DNA of 64,000 bases, from contig CAIWHP010000191.1 of the NCBI GenBank assembly GCA_903912445.1, positions 262 through 64,261 on the forward strand. Reading direction: 5' to 3'. Of the stretch, positions 45,638 through 55,299 are shown piece by piece. The notes beneath the pieces are model-generated. The model was given only the letters and a program-made list of their open reading frames with translations. It searched no databases and was not told the origin of the DNA. The position numbers and the translations under genes are program-made. Position 1 is the first letter of the stretch; the number at the start of each line of letters is the position of its first letter. The DNA comes from an uncultured Lentisphaerota bacterium. Lineage in GTDB: Bacteria > Verrucomicrobiota > Kiritimatiellia > CAIQIC01.

Positions 45638-47560
45638 ATGAAAGCCGCACTGCTCGGTTGGGTTGCGCTGCTGCTGCTGTCCGGCAGCGGGCCGCAACCG
45701 GTCCACGCGGAACCGGCGCTGGAGGCCGATCTCTGTATCTATGGGGGCACGGCCGGCGGCGTGGCCGCCGGGCTGGCCGCGGCGCGGCGCGGCGCGAGCG
45801 TGATCATCGTCGAACCCATGCGGCACCTGGGCGGGATGCATGGCGGCGGGATTCGGATCCAGCAGGACTGCATGTACCGCAAGGATATCGGCGGCATCGC
45901 GAAGGAATTGCATGAGGCCGACTACGCGCTCCCGGGCGGCGGCAGCGCGAACCAGTGGCAGGCCCGCCTCATGCTCCGGAAGAAAGTCGAAGAGGCCGGT
46001 ATCCGGTGCTTCACCGAGCACCGTCTCGACAGCCGCGAGGATGTCGTGAAGGACGGCGCGCTGATCAAAATGATCCGGCTCAACCATGCGCCGATCATGG
46101 ACGAGGGCGTGCCGCCGCCCCAGCCGGCCAAGCGCCAGGCCCTGACGGTCAAAGCCCGAATGTTCATCGATGCCAGCTATGAAGGCGACCTGCTGGCCTT
46201 TGCCGGCTGTGCTTTCGTGACCGGGCGGGAAGCGCGGGACCAGTATGGCGAGTCGCTGGCCGGGCAAGGCCCTCTCCGGCATTTCGATGTCGATCCCTAT
46301 GTGATCCCCGGCCAGCCGGCGAGCGGCCTGCTGCCCATGATCAGCCCCGAGCCTTACGAGCCCGGCAAGGCGTCCCGCTATATGCTCGCCTATAACTTCC
46401 GCATGAACGGCCTGCGGGATGCGGAAAGCCAGGACGGCCAAGGGACGCCGCTCAGGCCGCTGGGGAAAGAGATCGACCGGCAGCGCTTCGAGCTGGTGCT
46501 GCGCGGGCTGGAAAAAAATGTCGGTCGGAAAATAATCGGCTGGCCCTCCTCGAACTATGCGCGCACTGCCATGGTGTCTTCGGGTCCGCCGGGCCGGCAG
46601 GCCGATTATCCCGACGGCACGTGGGCGGTGCGCAGTGCCATCTGGCGCGAATGGATCGACTTCGTCAAAACGATGAACATGCTTTGCGGGTTGAAACACC
46701 CGGTGCTGCTCAAGGGGGATTATCCGGACAACAACGATTTCCCCGACCAGCTGTATGTGCGCATGGGGCGCCGCCTGGTCGGCGCGTATGTCGTCACGCA
46801 GCACGACCTGATGCACCAGACGGTCATCAACGACTCCATCGGCCTGGCCTACTACAAGGTCGATATCTATCCGACGCGTCTGGTCGCGGATGATGGCAAG
46901 GTGGCGTCGGAGGGCGAGATGTTCATCCGCGTGTGCCCGGGACCTTATCAGCTTCCCTACCGGTCTTTGGTCCCGCAAAAGGGCCAGTGCGATAACCTCC
47001 TCGTACCGGTCTGCATGTCGGCGTCACACGTGGCCATGGCGTCCATCCGCATGGAGTCGTCCTACGTGGTCATGGGCGAAGCCGCCGGCATTGCGGCCAA
47101 CCATGCGCTCAAGGCTGGCCGGACGGTGCACGCCGTTGATTTCGAGGCGGTGCGCGCCGACCTGCAGCGCGCCGGCGTCGTGACGGCATGGGATGGGACG
47201 GGCTACGGGCCGCAGGGCAGGGGACCGCATGACGCCTATTGGACGACCCACCCGGAAGAGTACAAGAAGATCCCGCTCCGCCTGGATCCCAGTTGGGCGG
47301 GGTATGTCGCCAGCACCAATGCGCCGGGCTTCCGGGTCGAGGGCTTTGCCTCCCTTGAGGAGTGGAAACAGGAAAAGCCCAGCTTCGCGTGGCTCTTCCC
47401 CTTCATCGACGCCAACTCCGATGGAAAGATCTCGCGGGAGGAGCATCAGGCGTTTCAAGACTACAAGCGCCAGCATCCGGACTGGGCGGCGGCGCTCAAG
47501 AAAAAGCTTTCCGACAAGCAGGCGGACGGCGGGGGAATGAAAACCGGGGGCAGCCCTTGA
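45638..47560 (+). CDS. Secreted FAD-dependent oxidoreductase with a C-terminal EF-hand
   Basis: Signal peptide; 'DLCIYGGTAGGVAAGLAAARRGASVIIVE' FAD-binding GxGxxG; C-terminal 'DANSDGKISREE' is a canonical 12-residue EF-hand loop. Confidence 0.65.
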   Translation: MKAALLGWVALLLLSGSGPQPVHAEPALEADLCIYGGTAGGVAAGLAAARRGASVIIVEPMRHLGGMHGGGIRIQQDCMYRKDIGGIAKELHEADYALPGGGSANQWQARLMLRKKVEEAGIRCFTEHRLDSREDVVKDGALIKMIRLNHAPIMDEGVPPPQPAKRQALTVKARMFIDASYEGDLLAFAGCAFVTGREARDQYGESLAGQGPLRHFDVDPYVIPGQPASGLLPMISPEPYEPGKASRYMLAYNFRMNGLRDAESQDGQGTPLRPLGKEIDRQRFELVLRGLEKNVGRKIIGWPSSNYARTAMVSSGPPGRQADYPDGTWAVRSAIWREWIDFVKTMNMLCGLKHPVLLKGDYPDNNDFPDQLYVRMGRRLVGAYVVTQHDLMHQTVINDSIGLAYYKVDIYPTRLVADDGKVASEGEMFIRVCPGPYQLPYRSLVPQKGQCDNLLVPVCMSASHVAMASIRMESSYVVMGEAAGIAANHALKAGRTVHAVDFEAVRADLQRAGVVTAWDGTGYGPQGRGPHDAYWTTHPEEYKKIPLRLDPSWAGYVASTNAPGFRVEGFASLEEWKQEKPSFAWLFPFIDANSDGKISREEHQAFQDYKRQHPDWAAALKKKLSDKQADGGGMKTGGSP

Positions 47561-47684
47561 GGCTGGGCATGCGATGCCCGCGCACATGGGTTCGAACAGA
47601 AGGCGAAGGCCAAGGTTCTTCGATCGGCTCCCGCTGGCCGGGCGCTGGTTTCGGTTTGAATGCAGAAAAGCGAAAAGGGAAACC

Positions 47685-49550
47685 ATGAAAATGAAATGGC
47701 TGGTGGCGGCGCTGGTGTTGCTGGGCTGCGTGCGCACGCAGGCCGCGGATTTTTACCAGGTGCGCGGCGGCATCCCGAACAGCCAGTACTTCTTCAAGAA
47801 CGACAAGGTGGGAAACCAGTACCTGTTCTTCATCGGCGACTCCGTGCTCGCCGGCACGGGGCTGAAGGATGCGAACCTGCGCTACTCGGCCCAGACGGTG
47901 CAGGGCTTCAAAAAGTATTTCCCGCAGGCGGGGATGCGCGAGACGCGGCACATGCAGCCGGGCGGTAGCTGGTTCGGCCTCTATCGGGTCAGCCGCGGGC
48001 AACCGGTCTTCGGCGAGGTGATCGCGAGCGGCCACCTGGCGATCCTCGACTTCGCGGCGGATGATCGGAACATGCCGCTGGAGCAGGCGCAGCTGGCGCT
48101 CGAAGGGCTGGTGCGGCAGGTCACGCACTACCGCCCGACGCACAGCCGCCTCCTCGTCTACACGCTGACGCCGGAGATGCTGCAGGACTACAAGGCGGGC
48201 CGGACGCCGGAGTACATCAAGGTGAGCGAGCAGATCGCGGAGCACTACGGCATCCCGAGCGTGAACCTGGCGCAGTACGCGGCGCAGAAGATCAATGCCG
48301 GCGAAATTTCGTTTGAGAAGTTCTCCGCCGACGGCATCAACCCGACCGACGCGGGCGCGAAGATCTACGCCGTAGCCATCGCGCAGTTCGTGGACGCGCT
48401 GCTGACCGCCTTTCCCGTGCCGGACAAGCCCAGGCAGTACACGCTCCCCGCGCCGCTGTTCCCGGGAACGGACGACAACGGCCGCATCGTCGCCTACGAG
48501 GATCAGCAGGTGCAGCGTTCCGCGCAGTGGAAGCCGGGCCAGCGCAGCCCGATCGGCCCGTTCCGCCACATCCTGGTCACCGACCAGGCCGGCGCGGAGC
48601 TGAAGCTGAAATTCAAGGGTTCGGAGATCGGCCTCGTCGACGTGGTGGACAAGGACAGCGCGGATTATGAGTATGCCGTGGATGGCGCCGCCTTCCGCAA
48701 GCTCGCCGCCCCGAAGGATGTGACCGCCCCGGCGATGCGTCCGGTCTCGCTGGCGAAAAATCTGGACCGGAAGGCCGAGCACGAACTGGTGCTGAAGGTC
48801 GCGTCGTCCGGCACGGCGCGGATGGGCGGTTTCCTGCTCAACGGCAGCGTCGCCGACGCGTTCGCCAAGCTGAGCACGCTGGAGAAAATTGACGCGATTT
48901 ATGCGGGGATGGACCCGCTCAAATACCAGCCGCCGGCGGGCCGCTTCGCAAACATCCCGAAGACGATGAGCAAGCTGCGCGACGGCGGCGAGCTGCGCAT
49001 GGTGCTGCTGGGCGACAGCATCATGGGGAACACCTCGGGCTCCTCCTTCGAACTGCTGCTGATGCGCGACTATCCCAAGTGCAAGCTCATCAAGATCGCC
49101 TCGCTGCGCAGCTCCACCGGCTGCAAATACTACCAGGCCGAGAACCGTGTCCAGGACTATGTGCTCAAGCACAACCCGGATCTGCTCGTCATCGGCGGCA
49201 TCTCCAACGGCGGCGACGCCGAGGCCGTGCGCTCGGTCATCAAACAGGTGCGCGCGCAGCAGCCGGGCGTCGAGGTGTTGTTGCTCACGCCCGTCTTCGG
49301 CTCGATCAACGACGCACACATCAAAACCTTCACGCGCGAGATCGATACGACGACGAGCAACTTCCGCTTCAATATGCAGAAGGTGGCGGCGGAAGAGAAA
49401 TGCGCCTTCTTCGACATGACCGGCCCCTGGTGGGCGTACGTCCAGGCCAGCGGCAAGACCTACGGCTGGTTCATGGGCGACGCCGTCCACGCCAACGCCC
49501 GCGGCTGCCAGATCATCGGCCGCCTGTTGGAAATCTGGTTCAAGGATTAA
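47685..49550 (+). CDS. Secreted tandem SGNH/GDSL hydrolase (two esterase domains; candidate carbohydrate acetyl-esterase)
   Basis: Signal MKMKWLVAALVLLGCVRTQA. Two GDS blocks ('FFIGDSVLAG', 'VLLGDSIMGN') and a C-terminal 'DAVHANARG' (DxxH) block. Confidence 0.7.
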   Translation: MKMKWLVAALVLLGCVRTQAADFYQVRGGIPNSQYFFKNDKVGNQYLFFIGDSVLAGTGLKDANLRYSAQTVQGFKKYFPQAGMRETRHMQPGGSWFGLYRVSRGQPVFGEVIASGHLAILDFAADDRNMPLEQAQLALEGLVRQVTHYRPTHSRLLVYTLTPEMLQDYKAGRTPEYIKVSEQIAEHYGIPSVNLAQYAAQKINAGEISFEKFSADGINPTDAGAKIYAVAIAQFVDALLTAFPVPDKPRQYTLPAPLFPGTDDNGRIVAYEDQQVQRSAQWKPGQRSPIGPFRHILVTDQAGAELKLKFKGSEIGLVDVVDKDSADYEYAVDGAAFRKLAAPKDVTAPAMRPVSLAKNLDRKAEHELVLKVASSGTARMGGFLLNGSVADAFAKLSTLEKIDAIYAGMDPLKYQPPAGRFANIPKTMSKLRDGGELRMVLLGDSIMGNTSGSSFELLLMRDYPKCKLIKIASLRSSTGCKYYQAENRVQDYVLKHNPDLLVIGGISNGGDAEAVRSVIKQVRAQQPGVEVLLLTPVFGSINDAHIKTFTREIDTTTSNFRFNMQKVAAEEKCAFFDMTGPWWAYVQASGKTYGWFMGDAVHANARGCQIIGRLLEIWFKD

Positions 49551-49557
49551 GGATGAG

Positions 49558-51360
49558 ATGAAATACACGCATCGCGTTTTTCCAATCATGGGAAGCCTGG
49601 GCCTGTTGTTTTTCCAAACATTGGAATCTGCAGCGCGGGCAGGCGCGGATGTGGAGGTGACCTGCATCTATACCAACGGGCGCGTCGAGAAGGCGCTGCT
49701 GCCGCTGGTGCAGGCCGGGACCGTGCAGCGGTTCCGCTGGGCGGCGGACAAGATCCCGGCCGGCGTCAGCCAAGTGGAAGTGCGGGCGGAGTTCGCGACC
49801 GCGAAAACCGGCGAAGACGGCTATTTCGTCATGCCGAACGGGTTCCTCGGCAGCTTCCGCGAGCGCGACGGCGAGCAGAAGCTGACGGCGAGTTATATGC
49901 CGATCTTCGGCATGAAGACGCCGCGGGCCGCCTTTGTCGCCATCGTCACCGGCCTGCCGCACGAATACACGCTGATCGCGCGCGCCAAGGCCGGCGCCTA
50001 CGCGTTCTATCCGCGTTTCGAACTGGGCGGGCGCAAGGCGAACGGCGACATTGCCATCGAGTATCATTTCCTGACGGGTGACGAGGCCGACTACTCGGGC
50101 ATGGCCAGGGCCTACCGCAAATTCCAGCTGGACCGCCAAGCCTGTGTACCCCTGAAGGAACGGATCAAGAGCCGTCCCGAGCTGGCCTATGCGCTGCAGT
50201 GCCCGGAGGTCCGCATCCGCATGGGCTGGAAGCCCGCGCCCAGCCCCGTGGAGGAGCAGACGCCCGCGACGGAGCCGCCAATGAAGGTGGCGGTCACGTT
50301 CGAGCGTGCCGGCGAGATTCTCGATGAGTGCAAGCGGCAGGGCATCGCGCGCGCGGAGTTCTGCCTCGTGGGCTGGAACCAGAAGGGACACGACGGCCGC
50401 TATCCACAACTGTTCCCGGTCGAGGAAGCGCTCGGCGGCGAAGCGCAGCTGCGCGCGTTGACTGCCAAGGCGCAGCAACTGGGCTACCAGCTCGTCTGCC
50501 ACAACAACCATTCCGACGCCTACCGTGTCGCCGACAGCTGGAACGAGGAGTTCGTCATCAAGAATCCGGCCGGCTCGCTCTCGACGAATGCGAGCTGGAG
50601 CGGCGGGCGGATGTATAACCTCTGTCCGCAGCGCGCCTACGAATGTTTCGCCCCGCAGGATCTGCGCGCCATCGCCGCGCTGGGCTTCCGCGGCGTGCAC
50701 TACATTGACGTGCTCTCCATCGTGCGGCCGCGCGCCTGCTACGATCCGCGCCATCCGCTTTCGCCCGACCAGTCGGCGGTGTGGATCAACAAAATCCTGC
50801 ACGAGGCCCGCGAGGTGTTCGGCGGCGTCTCCTCCGAGGGTGGGTTCGATTTCTGCTGCGGCAACCTGGACTACGCGCTCTACGTCTCCTTCGGGCACAT
50901 GACGAGCGTGCCCAAGCTGGTGGACCGCGTCGTGCCGCTCTGGCAGCTCGTCTATCACGGCATCATCATGAGCAACCCGTTCACCGACACGGCGAACTAC
51001 ACGCTCAAGGGCCCTGTCGCCCGGCTCAAGCTCGTCGAGTTCGGCGGCCGCCCGATGTTCTACTTCTATTCAAAATTCAAAGAGGACAACAAGCATTGGA
51101 TGGGCGCCGAGGACCTGACGTGCGCCGACCAGCCCGCGCTCGCCGCGAGCGTCGCGCAGATCAAGGCGGGTTACGACGAGTATGCCGCGCTGTGCCGCCT
51201 GCAGACCGAGTTCATGGACCGGCACGAGCTGCTCGCGCCCGAGGTCTCCCGCACCGCTTATTCCAGCGGGACGGCCATCATCTGCAACTACCGCGACAGC
51301 GACTTTGCTTATCGCGGCCAGCGGGTGCAGCCCCATGGGTACATCGTGGTGGAGCACTAG
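49558..51360 (+). CDS. Hypothetical secreted protein (600 aa) with the LFFQ-type leader. The palindrome pair (49579-49595, 49611-49627) lies inside codons 8-24.
   Basis: ATG with an upstream AAGGA. N-terminus MKYTHRVFPIMGSLGLLFFQTLESAARAGA. No recognisable catalytic motif. Confidence 0.5.
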   Translation: MKYTHRVFPIMGSLGLLFFQTLESAARAGADVEVTCIYTNGRVEKALLPLVQAGTVQRFRWAADKIPAGVSQVEVRAEFATAKTGEDGYFVMPNGFLGSFRERDGEQKLTASYMPIFGMKTPRAAFVAIVTGLPHEYTLIARAKAGAYAFYPRFELGGRKANGDIAIEYHFLTGDEADYSGMARAYRKFQLDRQACVPLKERIKSRPELAYALQCPEVRIRMGWKPAPSPVEEQTPATEPPMKVAVTFERAGEILDECKRQGIARAEFCLVGWNQKGHDGRYPQLFPVEEALGGEAQLRALTAKAQQLGYQLVCHNNHSDAYRVADSWNEEFVIKNPAGSLSTNASWSGGRMYNLCPQRAYECFAPQDLRAIAALGFRGVHYIDVLSIVRPRACYDPRHPLSPDQSAVWINKILHEAREVFGGVSSEGGFDFCCGNLDYALYVSFGHMTSVPKLVDRVVPLWQLVYHGIIMSNPFTDTANYTLKGPVARLKLVEFGGRPMFYFYSKFKEDNKHWMGAEDLTCADQPALAASVAQIKAGYDEYAALCRLQTEFMDRHELLAPEVSRTAYSSGTAIICNYRDSDFAYRGQRVQPHGYIVVEH

Positions 51361-51369
51361 GACCAGCTT

Positions 51370-53847
51370 GTGATGAAACGCAAACAGATGTTGAGCTGCC
51401 TCTGCGTGATGCTCGGAACGGGCCTGCTCGCGCTTTGTGCGGGAGAGAAACCCGGCCCGGGCTGCCCGCTGATCCCGATGGGGGCGATCACAGGGAAGCC
51501 GACTGAACAGACGGTGCAGGAAACGCTGGAGGCCTACAAGGCCGTCGGCATCGACCAGTATCTGATTTATGCGCGGAGCGGATTGGAGCTGGAGTACATG
51601 GGCGAAGCGTGGCTCCAGATGTGCGAGTGGTTCTGCAAACACGCCCAGCGGCTGGATATGAAGATCTGGTTGTACGACGAATACAACTGGCCGAGCGGCT
51701 CGTGCAAAGGCCGGGTGCCGGCGGAGAATCCGGATTTCGAGTCGCGCCAGTACGCGGTCTACAAGAAGGCCGACGGCACGTTCGACTGGAAAGTCTTGCA
51801 CTCGCCCGGCTGGGTGGACAACTACAGCTTCAAGGCCATGGAGCGCTTCATCGAACTGACCCACAAGCAATATGAGCAGCGGCTCGGCCCGTATTTGGGC
51901 ACGACCGTCCGGGGCATCTTCACGGACGAGCCGGCGCACCCCGTGCCGGTGCGGCCGGAGGGCAAGCCGGCGCTGCTCTTCCGCTATTTCGATGGCGCCG
52001 AAACGGAATACCTGGCCGCGACCGGACGGGAATTGCGCGCGGATGTGCAAGCGTACCTAGCCGACAAAAAGCAGGACGAGGTTTGGGCCGTCTATTACGG
52101 GTTGCTCGGCGAACGGTTTCGCAAAGCCTACTTCGATCCGCTCCGCGCCTGGTGCGACCGCGTGGGCGTGCTATCGGCCGGGCACCTGATCGCCGAGAAC
52201 AACACCTGCGATTCCGCGCTCTACAACGGCAGGCCGTTGCATGCCTTGAAAGGGCTGACGTTGCCGGGCATGGACGAGATCGGAACGCGCTGCGATCCCG
52301 GGAACATCGAATGGCTCACGCTGGCCGTGGCGCAGCACGCGATTGGCCGCCGGGGCAACGGCGGGCTGGTCGAGCTGTTCGCGCTTGGCCCCAGCGACAT
52401 GCTGCACGCGACGCAGCGCCAGATGCTCTGGCTTTGCGCCCTGCACAAGATGGATCGCTACGTGCTGGCGATTGCGCCGCTCGACGCGCGCGGGAATGTG
52501 GAGAAATCCGGCTATTTCAATCCCCTGACCCGCATGCAGCCGTGGTTCCCCGCCTTCCGTCTGCTGGGTGACGAAGCGCGCGTGGCTGCCCGCTATGCGG
52601 CCAAACCCGTGTGCTGCGACATCGCCATCCGCTATCCGCAGCGCGAGACCGCGCGGCTGGCGGCCCAGCGCAAGCAACATCCCGCCTTGCTTGCCACGCT
52701 GCGCCGCTTCGCTGCGCACCAACTCACCTACGACCTCTACGAAGAAGACGAGCCTTGCGACAAGCCGCTCGTGTTCGCCTGCGACGGCACGGCGCTGAAG
52801 GAGGAGCATTCGGGGCGCTCGTTTGCTTCGGCCGACGAGGCCGCCGCCTTTGCCAAGACGGTCTGTCCACCGCCGGTCTGGGTCGAGACGGCGGAAGGCC
52901 GGCCGGCCGAGAACCTGCTGCTGCGACACTATCAGGACGGCAGCGTCGTGGTACTGGGTCTCACGGCCAAAGAACACGGACTACTGCGGCTAATGCGTCG
53001 CGACCACCAACCGGTGCCGTTCGAGCTGCCGGCCCGCGGGGTGTATCGATTCGAAGGAAACGCTTCCCTGGCGCAGGCACCAGCCTCTGTACAAGGGCTT
53101 CCGATAGGGACTTCCTTTGGCTTGGCGCTCAGCACAGGCAACACGCTGCGCCTGGCCTTCGACGCAAACGGCAGGGCGCGCGTTCAGGTCAAGGATCCGG
53201 TTGCGGCTGCGCGCATGGTGCTGCGCCGGCACCCTGCGTCGAGCGCGGTGACCATGGATGGCAAGCCCGTGAACGCGGAGCAGCCTTGCCGCATCTTGCG
53301 GCCGGGACTCGACGAATTGTACCGGCAGACAGAGCCGTTTCGGTTGGAAGCAGGTGAACACGTCTTCGTCATCACGGCAGGCGGGAGTGACACGAATTAC
53401 TTCCTGCCGGTCGCGTGGGTGGCGGGCGACTTCACCGTTATGGACGGGGTCATCAAGGCCTTGCCGCAGACCGTTGGCGTGGGGGCGCTGTGGCAACAAG
53501 GCCTGGCCGGTTTTGCGGGCAGTATCACCTACACCGCGACGGTCGCGGTGCCGCAGCATGCCGGTCCGATGCGCCTGCGGCTCAACACGGGCGGGCTCTA
53601 CTCCGCGGCGTCGCTAAATGGACAGGCATTGGGCGAACGTGCGTGGGCACCCTTCGAGTGGGTCGTGCCCGCGGAGGCAAAAGGCAGGACGGCAGAGCTG
53701 AAGGTCACCGTTTGGACCTCGGTAGCTCCGCTGTTCGGTGATTGGAAGAATGGCGCGGGTGCTTGGAGCAAGCGGTTCTGGGTGCCGCCGCCGAATCCGC
53801 ATGCCGAGGTCGGTCTTCTTTCCAATCCAGAATGGATGCTGTTCTAA
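51370..53847 (+). CDS. Large secreted hypothetical protein (825 aa; possibly glycoside-hydrolase-like)
   Basis: Signal MMKRKQMLSCLCVMLGTGLLALCAG. Long ORF with coding-like composition. No firm family call. Confidence 0.5.
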   Translation: MMKRKQMLSCLCVMLGTGLLALCAGEKPGPGCPLIPMGAITGKPTEQTVQETLEAYKAVGIDQYLIYARSGLELEYMGEAWLQMCEWFCKHAQRLDMKIWLYDEYNWPSGSCKGRVPAENPDFESRQYAVYKKADGTFDWKVLHSPGWVDNYSFKAMERFIELTHKQYEQRLGPYLGTTVRGIFTDEPAHPVPVRPEGKPALLFRYFDGAETEYLAATGRELRADVQAYLADKKQDEVWAVYYGLLGERFRKAYFDPLRAWCDRVGVLSAGHLIAENNTCDSALYNGRPLHALKGLTLPGMDEIGTRCDPGNIEWLTLAVAQHAIGRRGNGGLVELFALGPSDMLHATQRQMLWLCALHKMDRYVLAIAPLDARGNVEKSGYFNPLTRMQPWFPAFRLLGDEARVAARYAAKPVCCDIAIRYPQRETARLAAQRKQHPALLATLRRFAAHQLTYDLYEEDEPCDKPLVFACDGTALKEEHSGRSFASADEAAAFAKTVCPPPVWVETAEGRPAENLLLRHYQDGSVVVLGLTAKEHGLLRLMRRDHQPVPFELPARGVYRFEGNASLAQAPASVQGLPIGTSFGLALSTGNTLRLAFDANGRARVQVKDPVAAARMVLRRHPASSAVTMDGKPVNAEQPCRILRPGLDELYRQTEPFRLEAGEHVFVITAGGSDTNYFLPVAWVAGDFTVMDGVIKALPQTVGVGALWQQGLAGFAGSITYTATVAVPQHAGPMRLRLNTGGLYSAASLNGQALGERAWAPFEWVVPAEAKGRTAELKVTVWTSVAPLFGDWKNGAGAWSKRFWVPPPNPHAEVGLLSNPEWMLF

Positions 53848-53944
53848 ACCCATGAACCCGATTGGAAATCGCCGTGCTCGCGTGCGCCATCCAGCAGAGG
53901 GTGGTCATGAAGACAGATGCTGGGAAAAGCGTGGGAGTGTAATA

Positions 53945-55288
53945 ATGAGAAATATCTGGTTGGTCGCCTGGTGTGTGGCCGCCGTGCAGCTGGCGGGTGC
54001 GGTTGTCGATGACGGTTTCCAAAGCACCGCGCGCAGTGACTCGGGGAAGCTGCCGCACGGATACGTGCCGCCGCTGGTCAGCGTTCCCGGCGAGCACCTC
54101 TTGCGCGCGAAGGCGGAGGACGCCTGGCGGGCCGCGTGGGAGCGTTTCTACGACGACCGCACGCATCTGTTCTACGACTATGTTTGCAGCTATGACCCGG
54201 CGAAGCGTCTGGCCAATCTGCCGACGCCGGCGGAGACCGCACAGCAGAAGCCCAATCCCAACGGGTGGGGGACCGGGATGGAAGATTGCGCGATCAGCGG
54301 CGGGCTGATGCTCGCGATGGTCTGCGACCGGTTCACCGCGACGGGCGATGCCGCGCTGCGTCCGTACGCGCAAAAAGTTTTTGCCGGGTTGAAGACGCTG
54401 GTCGAGAGCAGCGCGACAGAAGGTTTCGTCTGCCGCGGCCTCTGTCCCGCCGACGGGAAGGCGCACTACCCGGAAAGTTCCCGCGACCAATACACGTGGT
54501 ATGTCTACGGTCTCTGGCGTTACTACCATTCCCCGCTCGCGCAAGCGGAAGAGAAGGCCGCTGTTCGAAAACTCGTCACCGCCGTCTGTGCACGAATGGA
54601 GCGCAACATTATCCCTGAACGAAATTATTCCATCGGGAAGGACACCGGCGCCTTCGATGGCATCGTGGACAAGATGTGGGAGAACATGGCGCACGAGGTC
54701 GCGCGGTTGCCGATGATCTACGCCATCGGTGCGGATGTGACCGGCGACCAACATTGGAAAGAGCTCGCGCGTCGCTACAGCCCCGAGGCTGCGGCGAAAT
54801 CGAAAGAAGCGTCCACGAAGATTCCCTACGCGCTGCTGCAGCAGCAGACCTCCCTGGAAGTGCTCTATCAGCTGGAGGATGCTCCCGTCCTGAAAAAGCA
54901 GTGGCTGGAGGCGATGGTGCTGGTGGCCGACCGCGCCAAGGGGTTCTTCGGCAAATGCCTCAAATATCAGGCCCCGACCGCCGATCAGGTGCATTTCGAT
55001 TGGCGGGACTGGCCGCTGAAGAAATCGGGGCCCTACAGTGTGCCCACGCGGCCCGAGGCCTTCCTCTCCGAAGACCGCACGATCCGCGAGCCGGCCGAGG
55101 CTGCGCTGGTGCAGCTGCTGATGCCCCAGCCAACGCTGACCGCGGAACAACTCGCGTTGATGAAGCAGGCCATCGCGCAGGTGGATTACGCCAAGGTGGT
55201 TTACTACGGGCACTACTACACGCAGGCTGTTTATTGGCGGGCTGTGCGCTGCGGTCTGCTCAAGCTGCCGGCCGCACCACGAAACTGA
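53945..55288 (+). CDS. Secreted hypothetical protein, possibly an (alpha/alpha)6-toroid glycoside-hydrolase-like fold
   Basis: Signal MRNIWLVAWCVAAVQLAGA. A helix-rich body with 'GWGTGMEDCAISGG' is reminiscent of alpha-toroid hydrolases. The assignment is weak. Confidence 0.45.
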   Translation: MRNIWLVAWCVAAVQLAGAVVDDGFQSTARSDSGKLPHGYVPPLVSVPGEHLLRAKAEDAWRAAWERFYDDRTHLFYDYVCSYDPAKRLANLPTPAETAQQKPNPNGWGTGMEDCAISGGLMLAMVCDRFTATGDAALRPYAQKVFAGLKTLVESSATEGFVCRGLCPADGKAHYPESSRDQYTWYVYGLWRYYHSPLAQAEEKAAVRKLVTAVCARMERNIIPERNYSIGKDTGAFDGIVDKMWENMAHEVARLPMIYAIGADVTGDQHWKELARRYSPEAAAKSKEASTKIPYALLQQQTSLEVLYQLEDAPVLKKQWLEAMVLVADRAKGFFGKCLKYQAPTADQVHFDWRDWPLKKSGPYSVPTRPEAFLSEDRTIREPAEAALVQLLMPQPTLTAEQLALMKQAIAQVDYAKVVYYGHYYTQAVYWRAVRCGLLKLPAAPRN

Positions 55289-55299
55289 AGGAGAAACCT

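Noticed and set aside
44015-46978. 987-aa minus-strand ORF, and likewise 47496..49667 (-), 53705..55213 (-), 55540..59541 (- , 1333 aa) and 61453..63960 (-)
   Set aside because: Long antisense ORFs opposite genes that have signal peptides and enzyme motifs. Their composition is non-protein-like (poly-R/A/G/P).
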